64,000 nt of DNA from positions 832,001 through 896,000 of the forward strand of contig OZ241865.1 of assembly GCA_965203275.1 (NCBI GenBank). The letters run 5' to 3'. Origin of the DNA: Bdellovibrionales bacterium. Its GTDB lineage: Bacteria; Bdellovibrionota; Bdellovibrionia; Bdellovibrionales; JAUICD01. Shown piece after piece: positions 1-9,333 of the stretch (position 1 is the first letter of the stretch; every line of letters begins with the position of its first letter). Made by a program: the position numbers and the translations under genes. The notes below the pieces were generated by a model. The model was given only the letters and a program-made list of their open reading frames with translations. It had not been told where the DNA came from and ran no database searches.

Positions 1-332
1 CAACAACCTAAAAAAGATCCTAAAAATATCTTCCAACCCATAACTAAAAACAATACAGCTCCTAAGCTAGACCCTCCAGAAAGCCCTAGTGTATAGGGTT
101 CTGCTAAAGGATTTTTTAAAAATGATTGTAATAGAAGTCCTGATATAGCAAGGCTCCCACCTACAAAAATACACACTAATGTTCTTGTCAATCGAAGATC
201 AAAAAGAATCATTTGTTCTGTGGGGCTTAAGTTTCTTGTGAAAATATCAAAAAACCTCACATCACTTGGACCAATATCTAAGGAAAATAAAAAAAGAAAT
301 ACCAAAAAAAGAAGGCCTAACTTATTGTACAT
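1..332 (-). CDS. FecCD/BtuC-family ABC transporter permease, N-terminal part (runs off window start)
   Basis: Not in the ORF track. Manual translation from ATG at 332 (AGGAGG SD upstream) gives MYNKLGLLFLVFLFLFSLDIG...DLRLTRTLVCIFVGGSLAISGLLLQSFLKNPLAEPYTLGLSGG, with the LR.PR-like and NPLAEP.TLG.SGG signatures. Confidence 0.85.
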   Translation of the reverse strand, partial: MYNKLGLLFLVFLFLFSLDIGPSDVRFFDIFTRNLSPTEQMILFDLRLTRTLVCIFVGGSLAISGLLLQSFLKNPLAEPYTLGLSGGSSLGAVLFLVMGWKIFLGSFLGC

Positions 333-346
333 GTTATCCTCCTTTT

Positions 347-1318
347 TTATATAGGTTTTGTATTGAGCATTTGATAATGATGACGATGACAAATCTTATC
401 AATAGCCTGTTTGTCATCAGTCCAAATCATGACACAACCTCCGCCACCAGCTCCACAAATTTTCATGGCTGTATCAGAAGGCATAACTTCACGAAGCTTA
501 TTTATTTGAGGGCTACTAAAAACCTCTGAAAGAGACAACCTAGCAGTTAGTTCTTCATCTAACAAAAATTTTATGTCTTGTTCTAAGCTTTGATTAAGTA
601 AAGATGAACGCATATTTTGAGCTACTTCGGCTATTTGTTCTAAAGCCTTTCGAGTTTGGATATCACCATCAATAAAATTTTTTAAGACTTTCCAGTTGTT
701 CAATCCTGAATGATGCGGTTGGCCTGTATAAATAAACAAGCATTTTTCTTTAATGATCTGAGGTGTTTTGAAGTGTTGATAAGTCATGCCATTCCAATGA
801 TAAGAAATAATCACTATTCCTGTTTTAAGTATCGGTATAAAGTAATCTTGTGTCCCTGTAGGTTGACCTAAAAAACTCGCTTCTATGTTGTGAGCTAACT
901 GTACACGGGATAAAATATCTTGTTTACGATGAAGAGCTTTTTCAAAAGCTTCTAAAAGAGCTATAAGCAAACTAGAGCTACCTCCTAAACCACCACCCAC
1001 AGGGCTTCTGCAATGAATCTTAAGATCAAAACCAAAGTCAGGTTTGAAATGTTGTAAAACTTTTTTGATAAGAGATATCTCTGAATCACGTGAATTTAAA
1101 AAATTATTCAGTGAAGAAAACTTTTTTTGATATTGCCAATCAGCAAGATCAAGAAAAATCCGAGAATGACTAGGATATGTTTTAAGAGTCACTTGGCTGT
1201 TTAAATCTATGGCAAAGTTAATTGTGTAGGCCTGGTTGAAGAAGGTATAGAGAGGCCAGAGATCAAGGGTTCCACCGGCAAGATCAACTCGTGTAGGGCA
1301 AGTAGTCATAATTCTCAT
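347..1318 (-). CDS. GHMP-family sugar kinase (heptose-7-phosphate kinase/galactokinase-like)
   Basis: PTRVDLAGGTLD, SPVGGGLGGSS, GTQD and KICGAGGGG motifs. Confidence 0.85.
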   Translation of the reverse strand: MRIMTTCPTRVDLAGGTLDLWPLYTFFNQAYTINFAIDLNSQVTLKTYPSHSRIFLDLADWQYQKKFSSLNNFLNSRDSEISLIKKVLQHFKPDFGFDLKIHCRSPVGGGLGGSSSLLIALLEAFEKALHRKQDILSRVQLAHNIEASFLGQPTGTQDYFIPILKTGIVIISYHWNGMTYQHFKTPQIIKEKCLFIYTGQPHHSGLNNWKVLKNFIDGDIQTRKALEQIAEVAQNMRSSLLNQSLEQDIKFLLDEELTARLSLSEVFSSPQINKLREVMPSDTAMKICGAGGGGCVMIWTDDKQAIDKICHRHHYQMLNTKPI

Positions 1319-1569
1319 ACAAATATTTTCCTTTCAAGAGTAAAACAGTTATATTATTTAGATTTCATGCCACTTTAGTTATTTTAATTTTTGGTTATTT
1401 TATCATAAGTATTTAAGTATTTGTCAAAAAGTAAGTAAAACTTACATGATTTGTTTATATTTTTTAAAAAAATACAAAAATATTATGTTTTTGTACTTAA
1501 AGTGTGCTAAAAAATAAATATAAATTATAATAAGTACCAACAACCATAAACATAAATAGAGGTGATACT

Positions 1570-2217
1570 ATGACAATGAATACAACCATACAAACAAAAA
1601 CAATGGTTTTTTTGACCATCTTGCTATTTTCGTTGACCAGTCATTTAACTTGGGCAGGCGTGCATTCAACCCTTCAAACAGGTGAAGTTACCAATCGCCT
1701 TAAAATGAATATTTCTTCATACTTGATCAATAGAGAAGGTTCTGCTGGTTTGGATATTGAAGGTTTAGCTATTATGGGTCACGTGGAAATTCCTTATACT
1801 GAAAGTTCTTCATGGAGACTAGGTATTGGTAAGGGTAATTTTGATGTGCAACTAGATGGTAGTTGGAAATGGATCCCTATTCCTGATCACAATAATCAAC
1901 CTGCTATAGGCACACTTTTAGGAATGACTTATATTCATTGTTCTACTTGTGTTGAGGCCCCATACGAGATGGGCTTGTATGCTCAACCTATCATCTCTAA
2001 AACCTTTAGAACGAATTTTGGAAGTTTCAATACATATACAGGTCCTATGATGGCTATTATGTTTCACGAAAGCAATCTATGGTATCCTATCAGATTTGCT
2101 GCTGGTTCAGAGCTAACTTTAAATAACTTACAGAGTTTAGGGTTTATGCTAGAAGGTTCTCTTAACATTAGCAACAGTACCAATGCTGTTGCACTGGGCA
2201 TTAATTACTTATTTTAA
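1570..2217 (+). CDS. Secreted protein, probable outer-membrane beta-barrel
   Basis: Signal peptide, beta-strand pattern, C-terminal LGINYLF, GAGGTG SD. Confidence 0.55.
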   Translation: MTMNTTIQTKTMVFLTILLFSLTSHLTWAGVHSTLQTGEVTNRLKMNISSYLINREGSAGLDIEGLAIMGHVEIPYTESSSWRLGIGKGNFDVQLDGSWKWIPIPDHNNQPAIGTLLGMTYIHCSTCVEAPYEMGLYAQPIISKTFRTNFGSFNTYTGPMMAIMFHESNLWYPIRFAAGSELTLNNLQSLGFMLEGSLNISNSTNAVALGINYLF

Positions 2218-2350
2218 ATGTTTGTTGTAAATGAGGCTAAATGAGGCTATTGGAATTAAATACATTTTCTCAAACTTTTAGCTCCTTCCTTTTCCCCTTA
2301 TTTGAATAGTCACAAGGACTTAGATGACATCATATAAATATTTATTATTA

Positions 2351-4210
2351 TTAAGAGGCTGCCATCTGATGATCTGGAGATGTGATACACCTTAAAATAG
2401 TCTTTACAAAAGCATCTTCTGTTTGCTGATTATAATGTAGCTTTTGAGTTGACTTTAGTCCATCTAAGCAATCTTGATAGTCTTTTAAGGCACTTTGATA
2501 TGGATAGACAGGGGAGTGAGGTAAATGCTCTTGTGGATCATCTTTTTGAAATGGTAAAAGTTGATAAGTGAAAAGGTCTTCTTCTCTAAATGGAGTAAGT
2601 GATTTGTCTTCAAACTGGACATTATAATGAGGTAAAATACCTACAATGTGATTGCTTCTTCTCGATGGGAAAAAAAATTGTGCGAACTTTTTATAGTGAA
2701 TTAAATTAGGATATTGAGGATATTGAAACAGGCTTCCATGTAATAAAGTTCCTTTACCATAAGAGCGTTCTCCAATAAGAATTCCTCGATTGTGATCTCC
2801 TAAAATACCTGCCACAATTTCAGAAGAACTGGCAGTACCGGCGTTGATAAAAACAAATAGGGGAAGGTCTGTCAATTGTGGAAAAACAGAAAAATGAAAT
2901 TCTGATGGTTGTAGTTGATTAAAAGGACGTATTTCTAGCAAGAGCCGGTCCTTTGGCAAAAAAAGATCAGCAGTACAGAGGGCTTCTTCTATGAGTCCAC
3001 CAGGATTGCCCCTTAAGTCAATAATTAACCCTGTTACTTGGGAATCTTGTTGAATTTCATCGATGGATTTTGCAACATCTGCACATGTGTTGAGTTTATA
3101 AAAGCTAGATATACGGATAAGAGCGTATTTTTTGTCATTGTCTTTAATGTACTCTGTCCTTACATTATCAACTTTAATAACTTGTTTATTGACTGCAAAA
3201 TGTTGTTTGGTTCCTTGTCTAAGAATTTCTAAATGCACTGTTTTTGCAGGAACATTATCTATAACTTGAGAGACTTCTGAAAAATGTATTTGAGAGACAT
3301 CTTCATTTTGCACCTTAGAAATAATATCACCAGGCTTAAGCCCTACTTGAAAAGCAGGGCTACCATCTAATACACGTTTGATGATCAGATGCTTTTGTAA
3401 TTGAAATAAAATGATTCCTACACCACTAAATTCTTCGTGGGAGACCTGACTATGATCTTTAATTAAACTTAAAGGGATGATATGGGCATGAGGTGATTCT
3501 GTGATAGCTAAATAACTATTGATGGCTTGAGCAATAAGTCTTTTTGTATGGAATCTTTTGAGTGTTCCTCTTAAAAGATATGTCAACAAACTCTTACTTA
3601 ACAAGCTTTTTGATGTGGCCTCATAACGCTCAATGGTTTCTGTTAATATTTGTTCAAAATCAATTTTATTTTTTTGAGTTTGATGATAAAGTTTTTTCCA
3701 TTTTGCAAGCTTATCTGACATAGATAGTTTGAAATCATTTAAAACTTCAGAAATATCTTGAAATCTTTTTTCAGGGGTAGACATTATATTTATATCTGAA
3801 AGATAAGAAATACCTTGATTGATCTTAGAAGATGGAAACAAAAGATGAATTTCTTGATCAGAAGCAAGGGTGAGCAATGAAGAGAGGGCATGCATACAAC
3901 CTAAAAAATTAAGAGACTTTTCATAACAGGAATCTTGATTGACCATAGAATGTAGGGTAGATAGTGTAAGGCTTGTTTGGCTCCAATAGCTTTGAGACCT
4001 TTTAACATTGTCCTTTGATACTTGATGAGATGGTATAATCAAAAACAGCAATAGACAATTGATACGAGTGAGAGATAAGAACGCATCGGAAAAATCATCT
4101 TGAAGAAAGTTTTTGAAGCTTTTTTTATAGGTATGCCATTTTATTTTTAAAATACTATTTAAAATAGTATTTTTAAAATAAGAAAGTGTTTTAAAATAAA
4201 TATTTTTCAC
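2351..4210 (-). CDS. S41-family carboxy-terminal processing protease with PDZ domain
   Basis: FSGVGI...GSPAFQVGLKPGDII (PDZ), IIDLRGNPGG, TASSSEI, IGERSYGKG. Confidence 0.9.
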   Translation of the reverse strand: MKNIYFKTLSYFKNTILNSILKIKWHTYKKSFKNFLQDDFSDAFLSLTRINCLLLFLIIPSHQVSKDNVKRSQSYWSQTSLTLSTLHSMVNQDSCYEKSLNFLGCMHALSSLLTLASDQEIHLLFPSSKINQGISYLSDINIMSTPEKRFQDISEVLNDFKLSMSDKLAKWKKLYHQTQKNKIDFEQILTETIERYEATSKSLLSKSLLTYLLRGTLKRFHTKRLIAQAINSYLAITESPHAHIIPLSLIKDHSQVSHEEFSGVGIILFQLQKHLIIKRVLDGSPAFQVGLKPGDIISKVQNEDVSQIHFSEVSQVIDNVPAKTVHLEILRQGTKQHFAVNKQVIKVDNVRTEYIKDNDKKYALIRISSFYKLNTCADVAKSIDEIQQDSQVTGLIIDLRGNPGGLIEEALCTADLFLPKDRLLLEIRPFNQLQPSEFHFSVFPQLTDLPLFVFINAGTASSSEIVAGILGDHNRGILIGERSYGKGTLLHGSLFQYPQYPNLIHYKKFAQFFFPSRRSNHIVGILPHYNVQFEDKSLTPFREEDLFTYQLLPFQKDDPQEHLPHSPVYPYQSALKDYQDCLDGLKSTQKLHYNQQTEDAFVKTILRCITSPDHQMAAS

Positions 4211-4374
4211 AATTTTATCCTTTTATCCTTAGTTTGATATTTATATGTTTTAGTTATAAAAACCTATCTTAACAGACTTTTCAAGTTTTTTGTGAAAAAT
4301 TAAGCAATTTTGAAAAATTTACATAGTATGACTGATTATCCGGCAGTATTTATCGTTGATCAAAGGCTGATCTG

Positions 4375-4883
4375 TTTCACTCAAAATGAGCCACACCTCT
4401 GGTGTGTTTTTGGGCATTGCTCTGACAGCTGTCGCTGTCTAAAAAGAGCAATGCCGCAAAAAACTGCTCATTTTGAGTAGGGAGGATCTCTTCGTTTTTT
4501 GACTACATGTTAAGGAAAAAGTTCCTTCATCAAGGCTGGCTACCTCAAAAGTCTGTTTACTTTTAGTAGGAAGGATCCTTTCCTCTTTTGACACGATGTT
4601 AAGGAAAAAGATTTCCTTCTGATGTTTGCTCTGACAGCTGTCGCTGTCTAAAAAGAGCAATGCCGCAAAAAACTGCTCATTTTGAGTAGGGAGGATCTCT
4701 TCGTTTTTTGACTACATGTTAAGGAAAAAGTTCCTTCATCAAGGCTGGCTACCTCAAAAGTCTGTTTACTTTTAGTAGGAAGGATCCTTTCCTCTTTTGA
4801 CACGATGTTAAGGAAAAAGATTTCCTTCTGATGCCGGTTGCCGGATCCCGGATCCCAGATCCCTGATTCCGGATCCTGGATCC
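4375..4883 (-). repeat. Structured modular repeat cluster A (one full module, a 209-bp tandem duplication and a GATCC-heptamer head)
   Basis: 4417-4624 is repeated at 4626-4833. Nested palindrome at about 4378-4486. GGATCCC-like 7-mers at 4840-4883. Confidence 0.9.
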
Positions 4884-4894
4884 TGGTATTTTCA

Positions 4895-5134
4895 CTATTG
4901 TTCTTTTTTAGCTTTTAAAATCACATCTTGGAGTTCTTTAGCGAGGATATCTCGCAGTTGACTAAGTGTGGCTTTTTTGTAAGATAGACCTGATTTTTTA
5001 ATTAAGGTTTTTAATTCAGACCGGATAAGGTGTTCTGGAAGTTCGGTGTGTTGAATAAGTGTCTCAAGCATGTTTTTGTTCATAATTTTCACCATGTATA
5101 AAAATAGAATAGCAGAGCTTATTAGATGTTTCAT
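4895..5134 (-). CDS. Small hypothetical protein (true start probably the internal MNKNML)
   Basis: Plausible helical ORF; no recognised motif. Confidence 0.5.
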   Translation of the reverse strand: MKHLISSAILFLYMVKIMNKNMLETLIQHTELPEHLIRSELKTLIKKSGLSYKKATLSQLRDILAKELQDVILKAKKEQ

Positions 5135-5208
5135 ATCATCTTATTAAAACTAGACAGATGTTTTATTTTTCATTGATTTTTTGTAAAGAGAGCAGTAAAA
5201 TAACGGAT

Positions 5209-5298
5209 GGAGAGGTGGCTGAGCGGTTGAAAGCAACAGTCTTGAAAACTGTCAAACGTGCAAGCGTTTCGGGGGTTCGAATCCCTCCCTCTCTGCCA
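5209..5298 (+). tRNA. tRNA-Ser(TGA)
   Basis: GGAGAGG acceptor, anticodon arm ACAGT-CTTGAAA-ACTGT, long variable arm, GGTTCGAATCC, CCA end. Confidence 0.97.
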
Positions 5299-5491
5299 AA
5301 TTTTCAATAAATTTCTAAGGATATTTTTATTTTCGAATAAGGCTAAGAAGTCAAAGAGAAACTATGTGACGATGACAATCTTATAATCACTGATCATCTG
5401 CGAGGCAAGCTGCTTTGCAGGTTGCCCATGTAACGACTTCGGGGGTTCGAATCCCTCCCTCTCTGCCAAATTTTCAATAAATTTCTAAGGA

Positions 5492-5492
<1 letters not shown>
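5268..5492 (+). repeat. 55-bp direct repeat of the tRNA-Ser 3' end plus trailer (5268-5322 and 5438-5492)
   Basis: TTCGGGGGTTCGAATCCCTCCCTCTCTGCCAAATTTTCAATAAATTTCTAAGGAT occurs twice, 170 bp apart. Confidence 0.92.
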
Positions 5493-5568
<76 letters not shown>

Positions 5569-5636
5569 ATTTATAGCTATAGAACTTTATTTTAGTAATA
5601 AGGAAATTATTTGAAACTATATTACTATATTACTAC

Positions 5637-6514
5637 TGTTTCCTTAACATGTTGTCAAGAAACGAGGAGGTCCTCCCTACTCAAAGTGAACAAGCTTTCT
5701 AGGTTGCCAGCCTTGATGAAGGAACTTTTTCCTTAACATCCTGTTAAGAAATGAAGGGATTCTCTCTACTAAAAGTGGTCAAGCTTTCTAGGTTGCCAGC
5801 CTTGATGAAGGAACTTTTTCCTTAACATGAAGTAAAAAAATGAAGGGATCCTCCTTACTCAAAGTGAACAGGCTTTCTAGGTTGCCAGCATTTGAGAAGG
5901 CGATAGCCTTCGGCTGGCAACCAGAAAGTGGCCAGAGGCCAGTTCACTTTGAGTGAACCAACTAACTTCCTACTAAAAGTAAACGGACTTTTGAGGTAGC
6001 CAGCCTTGATAAAGGAACTTTTTCCTTAACATCGTGTTAAAAGAGGAAAGGATCCTTCCTACTAAAAGTGGTCAGGCTTTCTAGGTTGCCAGCCTTGATG
6101 AAGGAACTTTTTCCTTAACATCCTGTTAAGAAATGAAGGGATTCTCTCTACTAAAAGTGGTCAAGCTTTCTAGGCGATGACCATTTTGTCAAAGGCGTAA
6201 GCCTTTGCGGTCATCGCCAGAAAGTGACCAGAGGTCAGACCACTTTTAGTGAAACAACTCCCTCCTTACTCAAAGTGAACAGGCTTTCTAGGTTGCCAGC
6301 CTTGATGAAGGAACTTTTTCCTTAACATGTGGTCAAGAGACGAAGAGATCCTCCTTACTAAAATTGAACAGGCTTTTGAGGCAGTTAGCCTTTGATCGAC
6401 GGCGGTAGCCGTCGGGCTAACTGCCCAAAAGTGACCAGAGGTCAGTTCAATTTTAGGGAAACAGAGGTCAGTTCAATTTTAGGGAAACAGAGGTCAGTTC
6501 ACTTTGAGTGAAAC
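5637..6514 (+). repeat. Structured modular repeat cluster B (several ~90-bp half modules and three full nested-hairpin modules)
   Basis: Full modules at 5857-5954, 6150-6250 and 6357-6456. Recurrent TTTCCTTAACAT and GCCAGCCTTGATGAAGGAAC linkers. Confidence 0.92.
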
Positions 6515-7108
6515 AGAAGTCAGCTCTTTTTCTGTTAAAATCCAATCCATAAGTACGTCGTTTTCCTCATGAGGAAGGTCTTTAAGATAAATTTGTTGAG
6601 AGAAGATAAGGGCTATTTTTGTGCCTTTAAATTTACAGAGTGTTCTGTCATAATAACCCTTGCCATACCCTAACCTATGCCCATTGAGATCAACAGTAAG
6701 GGCAGGACAAAAGATAGCTCTGATGTCACTGAGAGGAATGACTTGTGAAGCTGTATCAGATGGTTCTTTGATTCCCCATTTATTTTCTTTCCAAATATTT
6801 TGTGGATCTAATCGCTGATGAAACTCTAAAAGACTGTCTTTGATTTTAGGATAAACCCATTTAAGATGACTATACATTTGTTCAAGAGCAAGTGGATTAA
6901 ATTCTGAATGAATGGGACAGTAGGATCCAAAAAAACCAGATTCATCTTTTAAAAAAGAAATATATTTTAATGCTTTTTTTTCAGTTAAAAACTTCTCTTC
7001 TAATGTAGAGAATAAATTATTTCTCAAATTTATAAATTGTTTACGTAGATGCTTTTTTTGCAGATATAGATGATTTTGAGAAGATAGCTTTGTTGATTTT
7101 TTAGACAT
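6494..7108 (-). CDS. ygfA: 5-formyltetrahydrofolate cyclo-ligase
   Basis: KWGIKEP, GHRLGYGKGYYDR, LPHEENDVLMDWILTE. Start set at MSKK (the ORF track starts at 7153). Confidence 0.92.
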   Translation of the reverse strand: MSKKSTKLSSQNHLYLQKKHLRKQFINLRNNLFSTLEEKFLTEKKALKYISFLKDESGFFGSYCPIHSEFNPLALEQMYSHLKWVYPKIKDSLLEFHQRLDPQNIWKENKWGIKEPSDTASQVIPLSDIRAIFCPALTVDLNGHRLGYGKGYYDRTLCKFKGTKIALIFSQQIYLKDLPHEENDVLMDWILTEKELTSVSLKVN

Positions 7109-7418
7109 GAGGGGTTTTAAGGTCAGATAGAATAGCTTGAACTTTATTTTCAATTTGATCCAGTTCAGAAAGAGTATGTTTTTTTAAAAGGATATGATCT
7201 TCTGCAATATTGAGCGCTGTTAATATTGCTGCCATTTGAAAGGAGCCACTTTTCATGGAATCACGTGCTTTTGTGAATTTTTGATTCACATAATTGGCTA
7301 ACTGCTTGATTGTTTCTTCATTATATGATGATTTTAATTTAAGGTTCATTCCGCCTACATTTATTGTAAAGAATTCTTTTTTGACTTGGTTATTTGTAAT
7401 ATTTTTATTGATACTCAT
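7101..7418 (-). CDS. zapA: Cell division protein ZapA
   Basis: LANYVNQK...AAILTALNIAED motif, AGGAG SD before MSINK, conserved synteny with ygfA. Confidence 0.88.
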   Translation of the reverse strand: MSINKNITNNQVKKEFFTINVGGMNLKLKSSYNEETIKQLANYVNQKFTKARDSMKSGSFQMAAILTALNIAEDHILLKKHTLSELDQIENKVQAILSDLKTPHV

Positions 7419-7807
7419 AATTAAACTCCTTAACAACGGATGCATCAGAAAGCACATAAACATCTACATTGACATATAATGGTTATAAATTTTAGTTGTG
7501 TTCTAGGCGTCCGTTTGTTCTATATTTGTTTTACATAAATCGCTACTATTCATAAATATTTAAACAATTATCAATCAAGAAGTACAATGCTGTTTTCATT
7601 ATCATATATAATTTTGTTTCTTGATCCATTGAGTTTACAGTTATGGTATTTACCATACCTGGTTTTATTATATAGTTTTTTAAAATGCCTGCCAAGTGTT
7701 TTATCTTATAAAAAATAGATTGCATGGCCAATCTAAAATATTTGTGATCTGCCATAGTTTAAAAATATGCTAAGGGTTTATATGAAATATTCTCTTAATA
7801 TGGTGTT

Positions 7808-8507
7808 GATCCTGGATCCGGGACCCGGCAACAGGGATCCGGCAAACGGGCATCAGGTCTTAAAAATGACCTTTTTCCTTAACATGTAGTTAAGAGACGA
7901 AAGGATCCACCCCTACTCAAAATAAATGGATTTTCTAGGCAGTTAGCCTTTGATCAACGGCGATAAGCCGTTGGGCTAACCATTAGAAGGATGTTTTCCT
8001 TAACATGATGTTAAGAAATGAAAGGGTCCTTTTCCCGGGATCTGGGATCTGGCAACCCGGCATCAAAAAGAACTCTTTTTCCTTAACATGTAGTTAAGAG
8101 ACGAGGAGATCCTCCCCTACTAAAAGTAAACGGACTTTTGAGGTTGCCAGCATTTAAGAAGGCGAAAGCCTTCGGCTGGCAACCCAAAAGTGACCAGAGG
8201 TCAGTTTACTTTTAGTGAAAATCAAATGAGGCAATGACCATTTTGCCAATGGCAAAAAAAGTGAAATAAATATCTTGTTTCCTTAACATCGTGTAAAGAG
8301 ACAAAGATATCCTCATTACTCAAAGTGAACAGGCTTTTGAGACAATGACCATTTTGTCAAAGGCGAAAGCCTTTGCGGTCATTGTCCAAAAGTGGCCAGA
8401 GGCCAGTTCACTTTGAGTGAACCAACGACATTGCTCTTTTTAGACAGCGATAGCTGTCAGAGCAATGTCCAAAAGTAGCCAGAGGCTAGTTTACTTTTAG
8501 TGAAACA
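7808..8507 (+). repeat. Structured modular repeat cluster C
   Basis: GATCC-heptamer heads at 7808 and about 8036. Full modules at 8119-8216 and 8318-8418, plus partial copies. Confidence 0.92.
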
Positions 8508-8682
8508 ATGCCTCAAAGTTGACCTTCCATTTCTCTGAAATGGGCTTAACCTGGTGGGTTTATGCAATTAGAGGTAGAAGATTCAAGGAAGGGAAACTTT
8601 GAGGGGGACAATTCATGTATCTCTGAAAGAGGTACGTACGGGTAGATGAGGATCATCGAAGTTAGATAATAATGGGTCCAAA

Positions 8683-9037
8683 TGGTGGAGGTGCGGGGAG
8701 TTGAACCCCGGTCCGCAAGTGATTCCTCTTAAAGCGACTACATGCTTAGTTTGTATTTTAGAATCTTTAGAGGTCTTCTACAAACAAACTACCTCTAAGA
8801 TGACCTGCCAGTGAAATCTCGGTTTTTGTGCTGGTAAGTCGCCCACAAAAACCACAGGTTGCTAAAGTGACAATTCTTAAAAGCCTGCAACCAAAAACTT
8901 TTAGAATCGGCTACATCATTCTATGCAGCAAGTGCGTAATCGTTGCCAATTACAAAAAGTGAGTCTTTTTAACGAGGTCACTCTCCCCGGCATGCTCTTT
9001 AAGCCTCATAACCCACGTCGAAGCCAAAATCACCCCC
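8683..9037 (-). ncRNA. ssrA: tmRNA, tag peptide (A)GNDYALAA
   Basis: 5' GGGGGTGA..TTCGAC, 3' GGTTCAACTCCCCGCACCTCCACCA. The internal frame 8947-8921 encodes GNDYALAA-stop. Confidence 0.96.
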
Positions 9038-9142
9038 TATGTTAATATAATTATTTTAATATTTTCTGTCTGTCTCTGTCAAGTTAAATATATTTTTCTT
9101 AGATTTTCTACACAAAAATTGCATTTTTACTTTTTTTGTCTA

Positions 9143-9205
9143 ATGAACTTTTTCCTTAACATTTCACTCAAAATGAACTGGCCTCTGGTCACTTTTACTG
9201 AAACA
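9143..9205. repeat. Isolated fragment of the modular repeat family
   Basis: GAACTTTTTCCTTAACAT joined to TTTCACTCAAAATGAACTGGCCTCTGGTCAC. Confidence 0.75.
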
Positions 9206-9333
9206 AATGAAACACCATGATATAACTTGCTTTTGAATAAAAAATATAGAATAGTGATTTATGCCAATCAAAGCATTAAAAACAGCTAAGTAAGAGAAAG
9301 CTTTAAACAATAAAATAAGGCTACAAATAAATT

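Noticed and set aside
266..529. This and other short antisense or alternate-frame ORFs nested in long genes (e.g. 13783-14088, 27362-27712, 55500-55781, 58521-58778)
   Set aside because: They overlap well-supported genes and have no motifs.
5700..5730. TTGATGA…GAA as a hammerhead ribozyme core
   Set aside because: I could not place CTGANGA and GAAA in the required three-helix arrangement. A covariance-model search would be needed.
5637..6514. Repeat clusters as CRISPR arrays
   Set aside because: There is no constant short repeat with unique spacers. The intervening sequences are themselves homologous and palindromic, and no cas genes are present.
7546..7755. 69-aa ORF upstream of zapA as zapB
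   Set aside because: No coiled-coil character; probably spurious.
7808..8507. Modules as integron attC sites (TAAC/GTTA cores)
   Set aside because: They do not alternate with single gene cassettes, the outer helix lacks RYYYAAC/GTTRRRY ends, and no integron integrase is present.
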